Assembly: GCA_964016885.1 (NCBI GenBank)
Contig: OZ024740.1
Coordinates: 382,974,001-383,038,000 of the forward strand
Length of the DNA stretch: 64,000 nucleotides
Origin: Eledone cirrhosa
Taxonomy: Eukaryota
Reading direction: 5' to 3'
A program made the translations under genes and the position numbers. Within the stretch, counting starts at the first letter, position 1. The number at the start of each line of letters is the position of its first letter. Below the pieces are notes generated by a model. That model had not been told where the DNA came from. It worked only from the letters and a program-made list of their open reading frames with translations, and did not search any database. Shown one piece after another: positions 35,803 to 49,182 of the stretch.

Positions 35803-36820
35803 GCACACCAGATGCTGCCTAGATTAACATTGATTTTCCTGTGAGGGGGTGGGTAAAATACAGTTACAGACTAGACATGCTTCATTGGTGTAGTGTCTTT
35901 AGGGTTGGACAGTATTTGAGCATTCGAATTCCTCCTCCTCCCACCTTGATGCTTCTACCAGGAGCTACCCTCGAGAGACAATATTGACAGTGAAAGCAGA
36001 ATTTCTTTGGTACGATCTGACAATTGGATCATTTCCTTTCGTATTTTTTTGCCACAAGTAAAAAATCTCATGCCCCATGGTAGCAAGAGTTTCGTTGTTT
36101 CTTGCATCCAACCTAAATTATCTTCATAACATTTATAAGATTGTAGAAATTTGTTTTCCAATTACTATCTTTAAAATGTCTTGAAATATCCCGAAACTGC
36201 GGAAGGAAGGTATTAATTATGTGAAGGATAGAATAATTATAGTGAGACATGTATTTCATAACAAATGAAGACTATATATATCTATATTTCAGATTTACGT
36301 ATTTAATTGACATCTTGACAAAAGGAAATGATTAGCTGAATATTTAATTGTTTGGAATAATCAGTAATGTTGAATCCCGTATTAAAGCCACTTGAAACAA
36401 TACAACACACTTTCATATTTATTTACAGTTTCTAATGAAAATCATCGTTCTAGAGTCTATGGGCCTAGTATTAACCACTTAAATATATTACCGTAGTAAT
36501 TCTAGCTCTCACGATATCTATTATTTAGTAGTGCATAATATCTGTCAACATCACCATGTCCAGTTTCAATCCTATTCCATGGCATCGTGAGTAATTGTAT
36601 AAATTACAGCATTAGACCACTTTAAGCCTTATGATTCAATTTTGCTACACAAGATCTTTCTAGAACTCTATCAGGTAGATTGTATCTCAAACTGGAAGTT
36701 CTGAAATCGTCACACAACTGCGTAAATATGTAATAGCTGCTTACACATCAAAGTAACAAGACAAACGAGGAGCATATTGAATAATTACCAACGAAAGCAA
36801 CGGGGAATCCGTTATGGTGT

Positions 36821-36901
<81 letters not shown>

Positions 36902-36982
36902 GGTAAACAGAAATAACGACACAATCAGAACAGTATATGGAAGGAATATATTAGATTAACACTTGAAATTGCAGGAAGATGG

Positions 36983-37019
36983 TCTTAACTTTTCGGACGC
37001 TAGTCCTTTATCAGAAGAT
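36983..37019 (-). ncRNA. Degenerate minimal hammerhead ribozyme (Penelope-type)
   Basis: UCUU-CUGAUAA-A-GGAC UAGC GUCC-GAAA-AGUU-AAGA. Two departures from CUGAUGA and GAAACGUU. Confidence 0.5.
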
Positions 37020-37115
37020 AGAATGAGAAATAAGATAGATTGAAGGGATGGGCGGGATGGATTTGGGTAAAATGTCTTTAGATAAAAATAACAGGCCCTT
37101 TCATGTTGACATCTC

Positions 37116-37116
<1 letters not shown>

Positions 37117-37147
<31 letters not shown>

Positions 37148-37245
37148 TGTATGTATGTATGTATGTATGTATGTATGTATGTATGTATGCATGTATTTAT
37201 GTATTTATGTATGTATGTATGTATTTATGTATGTATGTATGCATG
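37117..37245. repeat. (TATG)n tetranucleotide microsatellite
   Basis: Direct inspection. Confidence 0.93.
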
Positions 37246-38667
37246 TGTGTGTGTGTAAGCATGTATGTGTGTGTGTGATTGTGTTTGTGGGTTTATATTC
37301 ACGAGAGCTTAAAGTGCACTGAATCAAAGGCTTTGTTGATGATGCGTTTAAATTAAAATTATTTCTCATATTCTCTGCTAATCAATTCTTGATCGACGTT
37401 TTGGGGAGCTTCAACTTCAAGCAGTTCATAACTCCTCATTATTTTGTTCAGCTCGTGGATATTTTTCTTGGTAACCCAACTAGCAAACTGTGTTATTCCT
37501 TTATAATTAACTGCTTCTACAAAGTAGTTGATAAAGCTACTCAGAAAATATATAAGGAAGAAGGTTTACGCGCATGCCAGAGAACAAAGTGAAAGAAATA
37601 TAAAGATGAACATTCTAGCTCGTATACATCTCTAAAAATTATTTGACCCATCTTTCATTGTATTAAATAAAGAGAACATGTAACTTACATACTTGTATTG
37701 ATGTATCCAATAATTACTAAATATGCCACCATACTCTTTTTGGGAATGAATCTGTTGTATAGATGCTGCTCTATAAATCTCTTACAAGAGGATTTCTGTA
37801 CAATAGTAACTAGATTAATTATAAATATCCTACTAGAAGATGTCTGCAAAATAATGGCTAGATTTATAATGAATTCATGCTACTTAAAATGTTGTTACGT
37901 CTCTAAATACTGATGTACCTGTAGCAATTTATTGAACGTTGAAATACTCATTTGTTTGTACAATAGTAGCTTCAGACATTTGTCTACTTTATATTAGAAA
38001 ATACATAAATCTCTGTGCTTAACATTCAAAACAGTAACAGCAATTGAAAGAATGAATGGAAGCGGAGTGATGGGTGGCAATAGAAAATTGACAGATTCGA
38101 AACGAAAGATTTAATATTTTTCAACTAGACAGTAGTAATAGATTTTCTACTCATAAAGGTAATACAAATAATGTACAATTTTACTTGTTATGCCATGCAA
38201 TTCTGTCACATATATGCGCAAGCATAGAAAATCGGAAAGATATTAATGAAACCATATCGATTAATACATTTTTTTTAAATATTTACGAAAAGCATAACGA
38301 AATCAATTAATATGTAGTTCTTTGTATGTGTGCATAAGTGCATAGGGATCTCATTTATTTATTGACTCATATTAATGAGCTCAGCAATATAATGATTAGT
38401 TATCGTAAATTATCCATGATAATCTATTGAGCACTATGCATCTTTCTGTTGAGTAAGGATAAATGAAGGATTAATCGATTGTATATACTCATGCACCGAC
38501 TAGTATTTATTTTAACGAATCCATAAACCATCTACGCAAGTCAACCAGGCAAAATTCGAACGGCCAACGTAAATTGAGTTAGCAAAATATCACAATACAG
38601 TATTTGCAATTCTTTTTTCATTTCTGTCAGAAACGCAGGTAATAGTTACAAAGAGATGAATATATAT

Positions 38668-38822
38668 TTGTTTCTACTTTAGGCACAAGGCCAGAAATTA
38701 CCCAGTACATTACTGGTACTTTATTTTATCGACCCCGGGATTTGAACTCAGATAGTAAAGGGACGTAACTATGCTGGAAAGCATGGCGTCCGACCCTCTA
38801 CTGATACTGCCAATCCACCGCC
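38668..38822 (-). mobile_element. tRNA-derived SINE with internal deletion
   Basis: Same family. The segment between GACCCC and GGGATTTGAAC is missing. Confidence 0.87.
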
Positions 38823-40299
38823 GAGATGAATATATATTGAATGCTTTTCATAACTGCTTACATACACTAAGTCCTGTACTTATATAATTAATATTTGATC
38901 AAAATATATTTAAAGAAGTTGTCCGACTGGTAAAGAATAGCGGGCTAATGTTCGTCAAATGTACTCAATCTTAAGGAAAGTAAATATATATTGAGTACTA
39001 TAGGGATTACAACTAGCATGTCTGGATCAACATTTGCTTGATCTATCATAGGTAATGCTAAACTTTGCAACATGTAAAATGAATAAAAATTCAAATGTGT
39101 TCCTATGAAAATAGTTTAAAACAAATGGTTTATGAGTAAACAATGATAATATGTTTATGATAGCAAATTCAGTACGATATTTCAATGTACAGCCAAATCA
39201 AATATGATTCGAAATGTTTGAAAAGAGCCGTTATTTCTAATTGGGAACCGTAGCACGTCTGTATTTCTATGCATATATAAATCATGTATACTTGCATGTA
39301 TAGATTTGTTTGTATGTATGTGAAATGAATGTACATATGTTTGCAGGTATGTGAAATGCTGGTAATATGCAATGGCAAGTTATGAAATGCAGGTATCATA
39401 TCCAACTGTTCCCTACGCATTTCAGTACTCATCGGAAATTACACATAGATTCATGTATATGTCGAGGGTATATTCATATACATATAGTGTACAGGATATA
39501 TTTAAAATTAAAAGAACAGAATAAAATAAGTAGAATTAAGATCTTTGTACCATGGCAAGTGAATCATATGGCAACACTTCTGGTTAATAAATTACTTAGG
39601 TTAATAAATTACTATGAAATAAACTACTCAAACTTTTTCCGTCGACAATAGACTATAAACATTCACCGATAACAATTATTGTGTCATTGTGATTGTTGGA
39701 ATCATTGTTGAAAAGTTACATAATACGTATCATATCTTTCATATGTCCTTCCTGCGTTCACCATGAGAAAGGATTTATCCAACTTAAATGTCTTTTTTTT
39801 TGCTTACAAGATACATTATCCAGTATACTTCACTATTATTATATAAAATAATATATATAGGAGCGGTTGTATCTTGTTTATGAATAAAACGGACGTACCA
39901 TTAACTGAAAATATATATCCGTAAATATTTAGCAGCCACATAACTAACAAATTACCCAACCAATATTTTGCCACGCTCTTAACTGTACTTCGTTGTAAAT
40001 ATTTCGTGATATTATGCTAATTAATAATCATCATAAATAAATAAATGTGATACATAATCATTTCTCTAAAACTAATAATTCAATATTCTATTCATCATCG
40101 TATACTGCATCACACAAGAATATTCCAAAATACAGCAAACAGAATATATTGTCCGTGGTGGAAGTCTTTGTTCCATTAACACATCCAATATAGAAACTTT
40201 AAATTTATTCACGATAATTCCAATATTCGTTTCAACATTGATATACACTACTGAGTAAATTTGCAAACCCAATATTTCTTCTATTTTACCCATTCATTC

Positions 40300-40760
40300 C
40301 TGGGAAGGTTGCGGGGACAGAGACATCACAAACTCTTTCAGGATCATCCTATCACAAGCAGCCGTCTCCACCTGACCCGGTTAAAACCCAAAGTGAGACC
40401 AACTGAGTTCAATGATGTTATTCAATTATCTTGCTCGTGGTCGAACCCTGGATATCCTGTTTTTTTGTTTCAATGTAAAATATGTCCAGTGATTAAATCC
40501 GTAGACATTTTAACCCACATAACATTTGTATCCGACCCCTGATATCCGAGCTACTCTGTCACGCACCCTTACTGCAGAGACTTCGGAGGAATCTCATTTC
40601 GGCCGCTTGTAATCGTGAACGTATTCTCTTGGTCATCACACAATATTCATGACTGTAGTCAAGGCTAAGCACGAACACAAAATTGAAGGTAGTGAGTTTA
40701 GCCTTACCACCACACTTCCGGTAACTAAGTGCTGTACCTGGTATAATAAATACATCGCCT
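40300..40760 (-). mobile_element. Decayed LINE 3' fragment (RTE-like)
   Basis: Minus strand resembles GRPR..W...I..DLS.S.FG....VETAACDR. Heavily degraded. Confidence 0.45.
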
Positions 40761-42258
40761 CATACAATTATTGCATTTAATTCAGCCTTCTGATTTCTAT
40801 CGCCCGCAAAAACTGCTAGCTGCTTCTGTGGAGATCAACTGACATGAAGAGTACACTGCCCAGGCTTCCTATCTAGCGCATGTTGGGGATCATATTCCCA
40901 CGTGTTAAGTAGTACCATGTTGTCTGCAATTGCTGCTGACTGATCCACCACGCGACAGAATTTATACAAATTCCAGCTCGATTTTGCACATTAAACATTT
41001 TAATGATTATTATAAACATGGGAAGAGTACGCATTGTTAGCGGACACCAACATACGCATTTAATGATTTTGATTTCCATTTATCCAAGCACGAATAATAA
41101 AGCATTCACTTAGAGACATCAAGGCAACAAGACCCTGACCACGATTTCAGATCCTTCTACAAGTTCCGTTTAAAGCGGTCGTAATCTTTATTTTGGTCTG
41201 CGAAACAGACATACAGCATTTGACAAGATATGCCACAGTATTAATTAATATTAAAGCAGCAGTGCTGAGTTATGGGCAAAACTACATTGTTTATCAGCTA
41301 GCTTATACTCGACAATATATTTACATGTCTTTTACCCGGGAAGCTTTATAAGGGGGTTTCTCTCTAATTAGAAACATTTTTGATGTGTCCCTTTTTGATA
41401 ATTGGGATCATCAGTCCCGATTGCCATGGATTTGGTGCATTCCATAGGTCAGGCACACGAGTCAGCATAAGGATACCTTTTTCTTAACAATTTTATATAT
41501 TTATACCTGTTTTAATCATTGGATTACTACGGTGTTAGCTGTGGTGAATTGTGTGGGAGAGATAGGGTAGTAGTCTACGAAACGCCAGTATTTAAAGAGA
41601 CTCAAGCTCATTTTTTTTTTACTATAGATAATACGCAAGTTTAATCTACCCGTGCGTATTGAGGCATCCAGATTTTGAAAGCCCAGCCACGAGAATGAAA
41701 TTTTCTGTGGATGTTAATGAAAATTATTCTATTTTATTTCCAGCTTTCAACATTTGATTTTAGACAAAATAAAGCTAAGTCCACTAATACATACATTAGT
41801 GTATAACAAAGGTCCCATTGTGTAGCTTTGTAATTATACATACACATCAATAGAACCATAGATACAGACGGGAAGAATGTAAAAGTCATTCTTACAATGG
41901 CGCTTACACATTGTACCCATGTAAAAGTCAATTAACCATATTCTTATTATATCTCAAACACGTTAAAAGAAATTAAGTGAATGAAATGTTTAAAACTAAG
42001 ATCATCACCGTGTCACAGTATTGATAACAATTATTCTCTCTCATATCCTTTTATTTCATAATGAAGCACACGGGCGAGACAATTGATTCCACTCAAAAGT
42101 CAAATGTTCGTATAAAATTTAATTAAAATGAGTTTTTTTTATTATTTAATTAAAGAAGCAACCGACAGTTTTTAAGATAATACAGTTAAATCAAACCCCT
42201 GAATATAATTATTATCCACTCATATCATAAATACACCCTCTCACAGACAGATATTTAG

Positions 42259-42305
<47 letters not shown>

Positions 42306-42439
42306 CAGTCCTGATTTGTAATCGAGAATGACTTGGTAGTATATACCATGCTTCTTTAATGAAGTTAAGTGCCCATGTTGTCACGAATATACACATATTC
42401 CTTCTCAATCCTCCCAGCCTCAATCCAGTGGGACATGAC

Positions 42440-42878
42440 AGAAAGTAGGAAAAGTTCTGAAAGGATGAAGGTAAAGTGCATCTTGGCAGGGTTCTCAGAT
42501 TATGCTATAGATATTATACTTCACCAAATTGGTAGTAAGAGCATGGTCTTTCACTGCAACTTTGAGATTTTAAATGACACGTTTCAAATCGGCTGGCCTA
42601 AGTCATGTCCATGGTCGTGTTTTATTCTCGATATCCGGTGTATTTCCTTCAAATTGAGTATCCATTCTCATTCCTAAATCTTCTATTTTCTCTTAAAAAT
42701 CTTGTTAAACACTTCTTTTCCAACCATATCTATTGTATTTACAGCCATATTTTCTGCTTCATATTGCAACAATACTTCATCACTGTCTACAAAGTATTCT
42801 GCAAGCGTTCTCCTTACACTCCTTATACAATGATCTACACTGTTGAGACTTCTGCAACTAATCTGTCTCTTCATAATA
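42440..42878 (-). mobile_element. Decayed R4/Dong-like LINE C-terminal fragment
   Basis: RSLNSVDHCIRSVRRTLAEY..SDE.LL, then QFE..T.DI...W..LR.ADLKR...NL.VA.KDHALTTN.VKY.I. This resembles the post-RT region of RLE-type (R4/Dong) elements. Confidence 0.6.
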
Positions 42879-43118
42879 ATTGTTTGTACTTTTGGTACAC
42901 GGCCAGCAATTATCCCAGTGTATTACTGGCACAAGGCCAGTAATTTGGGGGAAGGAAAAGTCGATTAAATCGACCCCAGTACGTTACTGGTGCTTTATTT
43001 TATCGACCCCGTAAGGATGAAAGACAAAGTTAACCTCGGTGGGATTTGAACTCAGACCGTAAGGGACTCTATGCTGCAAAGCATGGTGTCCGACTCTCTA
43101 CCGATACTGCCAATCCAC
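42879..43118 (-). mobile_element. tRNA-derived SINE (longer variant with duplicated tail)
   Basis: Family B-box and body, plus an extra GGGGTCGATTTAATCGAC..CCCCCAAATT segment and two GGCCAG..ATT tail motifs. Confidence 0.85.
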
Positions 43119-43401
43119 TTAATAATGATAATAATAATGATTTTATTTATTGGCGACAAGGGCCAACATACAAGGGACAATACAAAAGACTGGGACAGTG
43201 GTGTTTTACAGAAAAATCGAGTAAACAATATGAATAACAATAACAAAGTAAGAATAAAGTAACAAAAAAATTACAAGAAAAAATTCCCCAATATGGGGGA
43301 TGACCACCCAGGGTTCGCTCAGGTACCCCACCAATCCTGAATGACCCGACGCTTCGAGAGCACCCTGGAAGGGCACCCCTCTCCTCCTCAAAATTACCTA
43401 C

Positions 43402-46400
43402 CTACAGCCGCATGGCCAGAGTAGGTCCATTCACACGGGACATTCTCGCCACATTCACCCCTCTTTCAGCAAATGTACTGGGGGGGGGGGGCACTTCTCT
43501 CTCCACCCTCACCTTCCTTTCCAAGTGAAACTTGAAAAAGTTGATGAGGGATTGGCTGAAGAGAAACGTATCTGTCTTCAGTCCTTTCAACCTCGTCCAC
43601 CATACAACCTCTTTCGCTACCGCCACCAGACAGAGGAAAATTGTCTGCCCTTCCTGGCCAAAAGAAGGCGGCGGGTCGATCTTCAGTATGGCCTGGGTTG
43701 ATAGCCGGATCCGTGCTACCCGCGACAACAGCTGTTCAACATAATTCCTCAATTCAGTGATGCACAGACACTGGACGAGTGCGTGCAGAACGGTCGCTCT
43801 GCGCGCATCTAGGGCAGGTCCGTCTGACAGCACTTACGTGCCTGTAGAGTTTATCCCGAACCGGCGGTGCCCCCCGGTAGCGCTGCCAAGCGAGGGATTT
43901 TTGGAAATTATCCATCGTACCCGACTAGAAAGTCCTCCGGTACAGACTGGTTAGTTCGACATCGTTGACTCCCAGAGCCTCTCCGATGCGTCGTCGCACT
44001 CTCCCACCACTAATCCTCTATAGAACTCGAGAGTGGAAGTTCCACTGACCGCATTGCCCGCCTGGTAGAGGGAAGTGAGTGCCTGGCAACATTCCAGATG
44101 CCAGTCACCCATTCTCGGTCTCTTATGATCCAGGACTGCAGCTCAGTCAAAGAAACGAGCTGCGGAAAGGCCCGTCTGACAAACGGCGACCACACCTGTT
44201 CACCGTTTAGGGAGAATATCTGGAGATGCCGCAGTCTCATCGCGTGCCTGCGCATCATTAGCCACGGCATGCCCAGCCCTCCGCGTAGAGGGTTCTGGCC
44301 GCAGATGGACCGCCTCACCAGCGGAACCTGGCCCCTCCACAAAAATTTGAAGAGGCGCCGCTCCAAGATGGCGAGGCGCGAACGGGGGCAAGGGACGACG
44401 GTCAGACGGTAGTAGATAACGGACGTGATGTGCGCGTCCGCCACCTCCGCCCGACCTTTCAGTGATAGCTTCATCCCAGCCCATTTCTGGCTGAGACTGG
44501 CTACCCTGCCCGTCACCTCGTCCCAATACTTATCCACCTGGAGGTCTGGCACGAACCAAACCCCTAGCAACTTTACCGGTCCGTCCGTCCAGCGCCTAAC
44601 GACGCTGTTGGACGGCATGGACTTGCCTCTCCAGGTGCCGAGTTGCAAGCCCACCGACTTTTCCGGGTCAAGTTTGGGTCCCGTCAACCTTTCACATTCC
44701 TCCAATAAGTTGCCGACTACCTCGATTTCTGAGGTGTCCGACACAATCACGGTGATGTCGTCAGCATAAGCCTACACAGCCTTTCCGCGCCTCGATTCGA
44801 GCGGGATGCCCTGCAACAGCTCCAGCTTCCACAGTAAAGGCTCGAGAGTCAATACGTACAGAAGGGAGGAGAGAGGGCACCCTTGGCGGACCGATCGGGA
44901 CACCAGAAACGGTTCCGAAAGGTGGCCATTCATTTTGACCATCGAGCAGTTGCCGCTGTGCATTGCAGAGATCCAGCTTCTGAAGACGGGGCCGAAGCCA
45001 ACCGCCTTGAGGACAGCCTCCAGGTACCGATGATCGACCCTATCGAATGCTTTCGATTGATCTAAATTGATCAGAGCCCCACCGAAGCCAGGTTTACACC
45101 CAACCCTCTCTATGATGTATCGCAGTAGGTGGAGGTTGTCGTGTATGGACCTGGTTGGAATTGCGCAAGTTTGCGCCTCCCCAACCAAATCCCCGACGAC
45201 AAGCGCCAACCTCTTCGCTAAAACCCTGGCCAAAATATTAAAATCTGTGTTGAGCAGTGTTATGGGCCTGAAATTGTCCAAGGATCCCTCTTGTTCTCGT
45301 CTTTCTTTATCAGCGTCACTACGCTCCGGCTCACAGAACTGGGAATACTCCCGTTTTGCTGCCAGTTGCAGTAGAGCGCTTCGAGGAGATTGGAGAACAA
45401 GTCTGGCATATTTACGTGACTTGCGCCTCATGCTGACGAAAAGGGCATCCTGAATCTCGGCTGAAGTAATTGGCCTTTCGCAGCGCCCAGCGTCAGCCGT
45501 CAAGAGTTGCGGCAAGCCATCGAAGTAGGGACTGAAGTCCGCCACATCCCCCGAACAACCGAGCAAAATGTTGGTGAAAGGCCTCACACATCCGCTTGGA
45601 ATCGCTCAGCTCGTGTCCGTCAAAGACCGAATCGTTGTTTTATTACCACGCGGGCCCATCGAACAGCTTTGGTTCCCTCGTTTCTCAGAGCACGCGCCTT
45701 AGCTCTGACAATGCAACCTTCGTGTTTCGCATTGAAGAAATGGTCTAATGCCATTCTCGCCGCTAGCACGTGAGTTGCAATGCCACTACCAATAGCCTCG
45801 TCTAACTTATCTACCAACTCCCCCTGCTTTCTATTTTTTCTAACGCTACTTCTTTGCTAATCTCTATCGACAATACTCTAATCTCTCTTTTGAGAGCCCC
45901 TCACCATCTATTGTTGATGACTCCCCCTGTCAACTCTTTCTTAACTAAATTGTTGACCTGGTCCCTGTAAGCCTTACGTGCCGGAAATGACATGTTTAGC
46001 TTCCAATAATCAGGTCCTAACCTACGCGTCTTATCTAGGTCGACCATACAGATCTAAAACTTGTGATCTGATAGGCGACCGTTTCAAAACGTGGACAGCT
46101 TACACTATTTTTATATTTTCCTAATGAATATCCTGTCTATATACGATCTAGATGACCCTATGCAGGTCCACACTGGCGCATTAGGGAACTCTAGTCGGTA
46201 CCTGTCAGACAGTTGTAACTGGCTTATTAGATTCTTGGGGCTTTTGCACCCCCCGCTCCTATCGGATACTCCCACACAGTCCCAGCGTGCGTCTAAGATG
46301 CCGTTCCAGTCTCCCGCTAACAGTAAAGGGCGAGACTTTCCCAGAAAGGCTTCCAAGCGTCTAAAGAAGACGGGCCGTCCTGCCCCAGTCTAAAGGCACC

Positions 46401-46709
46401 CCCTTCGATATTGTTCACGTCCAGGACTACCAACTTCCCGTCCGGGTCCCTGAAGATCGACCTTACCTCGAGATCCTGGCCTTTCCTAAACAGCACTGCC
46501 ACCCCGCCTCCCATTCCCGGCCGGATAACAGATGCAAATATCTGATAGTCATTAAAAATGGGGGCTAGTGCGCGCGTGTCGGAAATCCTGGTCTCGCTGA
46601 CGGCAATCACATCCATTTCTAGAGACCTGAGGTCGTTGAGCAGGTAACTCGGCTTCCAGGACGATCCCAGGTCTCGAATATTTAAACATCCTACTCTTAA
46701 TACAGTCAT
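43402..46709 (-). pseudogene. ORF2 of element A (APE endonuclease, RT)
   Basis: GCLNIR, VSETR, GGGVAVL, AGDWN, SYIDR, NFRPITLLNTD, LDQSKAFDRVDH, SVRQGCPLS, AYADD, GGLGMP. Multiple frameshifts. Confidence 0.92.
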
Positions 46710-46741
46710 GTTGGCAGGTTAAAAAGAGAGAGATGAAAGGT

Positions 46742-48704
46742 TTACTTACCTTCCGGGCTCTTGTGAAGGTCGGGTTGTTCGACCTCCATAGTTGGTGGGG
46801 TTTCTTTTGGGAACCCCTTTAAAAGTCTTGAAGTTGGTTTTACGTTGGGGGTTCCCACGTCCCGAGGAAAGCTGTCTCCTATTTCTTTGTATAATTCGAT
46901 CGACATTCGCACCAGAACCAAATCTTCCGGCACGCGAAATGTGATCGATTTAAAAATGTCCCCCTTTTTTTGTATATTTTCACTTCGTGCTACGAGGGCC
47001 GTCAGTTCCTTGTTGGCCCTCCTGACGAGCACGAAGTTTTGTATGTTTTGTTGGTGTGATTTATTTGTTTGCATGGCCGTGGTGGTGATGATGTTGGTGG
47101 TGTTGTTTCGGTTGTGTCTGTGTTTGTTGTGAGTGCGGTGTCTGTGGTTTCAGATGTTTGTGTGCATATTTGTTCTTGCGTCCGTTTAGGTTGTTTGCGT
47201 TTGGGGGATTCTGGTGATGGTGATGGTAGTGTTGATGTTGGTCTTATTGGAGAGATGTTTGCTGGGTGGTGTCTGCTTTTTTATTGGGGGTGATTTTGTG
47301 CTTTGTTGAGTTGTTTTTTTTTCTTTTTGTGTTTCCTTTTTTGTATTTTGGGGTATTTTGGTTTTCCCTCATCTTCACTACTGGTAGATGAGGGGTCTGT
47401 GTCTGTAAGTGTGTCTGTATGTATGTTTATGGTTTTATTGGTGCGTGTACTTTTGCGGGGAGGGGGAATTTGATGGCTTTCCTCGTTTCCCCCCTGGGTG
47501 GTCAATGTTGGTGGTGGTCTTTCTATTGGTGTTGTTGTTTGTGGTTTTGCTGGTGCTGGTGTTGGTTGTGGTCCTCGCACCGGCGTCGGAAACAGTGGAG
47601 CCTTTCGACCCCTTGCCTCTTTCAGCAGTTGAGGGCAGAAGGCTCGCACATGGGTTTTTCCCCACAAACAAAACACTGCCATTGTTTTGACTTCGGTCAT
47701 AATGTGAATGACCGTCCCATTCTGAAGGCAGATGTGGTCCAGGATTGTCTTCACATTCTCGGGCCTGATTTGGAGAAGGAAGTCCAGGCCAACCCCGGAC
47801 CAGTCCTCTCTGGCCGTTCTGTTCACTTCTATAGGGACGGTTTCCGTCCCCTCCACAATCACACATCGCAGAAGACCACATGTCATGTCCTGGTGGGATT
47901 CTGGGAAAGCGGAGACGGGCCGTTCTTTTATCCATGTGGGAGGGGTACATTATGACCTTGATGATTTTGCAAGGAGACATAGCGTGTTTGATAGCGAGGG
48001 CTTCTGACTTGAACAGCACTGAAATGGTGCCGTACTGTCTGCCCCTCTCTATGAATTCGGTGTCTTCTATGATGCCTCTCAGCGCGACTTCGACATCTTC
48101 TTGTGGGATTAAAGGTGCCCTTTTGGTTTGTGCTGAGATGCATCTATAATGCACCGTTCTGCGCCCACTGCCTCAATAGCTTCTACTGTGACAGTTAAGT
48201 TGGCCCAGGTTTGCTCTTGCTTGATGAACTTCCATGCCTGGGTCAACTTTTCATCTTTGTTTGAGAGGTCCATGTTGAAGCATGGCCTCTTTTTTGTGAA
48301 AGTGTTCTTCTTGTTTTCGTTGGGGTTGTCGTTGTCGTTGTTCTTGTTGGTGTTGTTGTTATCACTGTCGCTGTTATCATTGTTGTCTTTGTTGCCACCG
48401 TTGTTCTCGGTGCAGTTGGTATTGTTGCTGTTGGGGTTGTCGCTATTTGTTTTCATGTTAGTGGTGTTGATATTTTGGTTGCATTTGTCATTTTTTTTTT
48501 GTTATCTGTATTTTCGTTGTCGCTGCTACTGTCATCTTTTTCAAAATTAGAGTTCTTATTGGTATCATTGCTGCCTTTGTTTACATTGTTTGTGGTGGTG
48601 TTTGTGTTATCAATTTGTGTTAATTTCGCTGTAGCGCTCCTCTCAACTTCTACGTCGTTATCGCACGACAGCAGACATATCGCTGGCGGGCGTGGCTCAG
48701 CCAT
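46742..48704 (-). pseudogene. ORF1 of element A (RRM-like region, CCHC knuckle, low-complexity N/T/K tracts)
   Basis: ATG at 48704, RGRQYGTISVLF, QCFVCGEKT(H)VRAFC-like knuckle, and a C-terminus ending PEGK*. Frameshifted. Confidence 0.8.
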
Positions 48705-49182
48705 GTTTTTTTTTTCTCCGTAAATTATTTAACATGTAAAAAAAAGTTCAAATATTTGGGCCAAAAGGCCCAAATATTATACTTTCCCCTTCACAGGGCA
48801 AAGTCTAAGGGCTTATATCCCTTACACAACAAGAAATATTTAACAACAAATAATTTTAACAGGCAAATAAAGCGACTTACTGGGAGCGAGCCAAAAAGAC
48901 GTCCGAACAGACCAATAATAATAATAATAATAATACTTTCTTTATTAACCACAAGGGTTTAAAAGAAAGTAGACATTAAGGACAGTACAGGACAATACAG
49001 GACGGTACAAATGGGTATTGTTGCGTGTAAAAAAAAACGGAGGATTTAACAAAAAAAATAACAATGAAAAATTCCCCAACACGGGGGAGACTTGCGAGGG
49101 GTTGGTGGAGAAAGCCCATTAAAAAGCAACAGTGATCCTGACCACCAGGGCAAGTGCCCTCTCCCAGTTTTCCATCTTTAAT

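Larger units (their letters stand above)
43139..48913 (-). mobile_element. Tx1/L1-clade non-LTR retrotransposon A, full length, disrupted
   Basis: 5' UTR, ORF1, ORF2 (APE-RT-cysteine-rich end), 3' UTR with AATAAA. Both ends abut (AAT)n. Confidence 0.93.
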
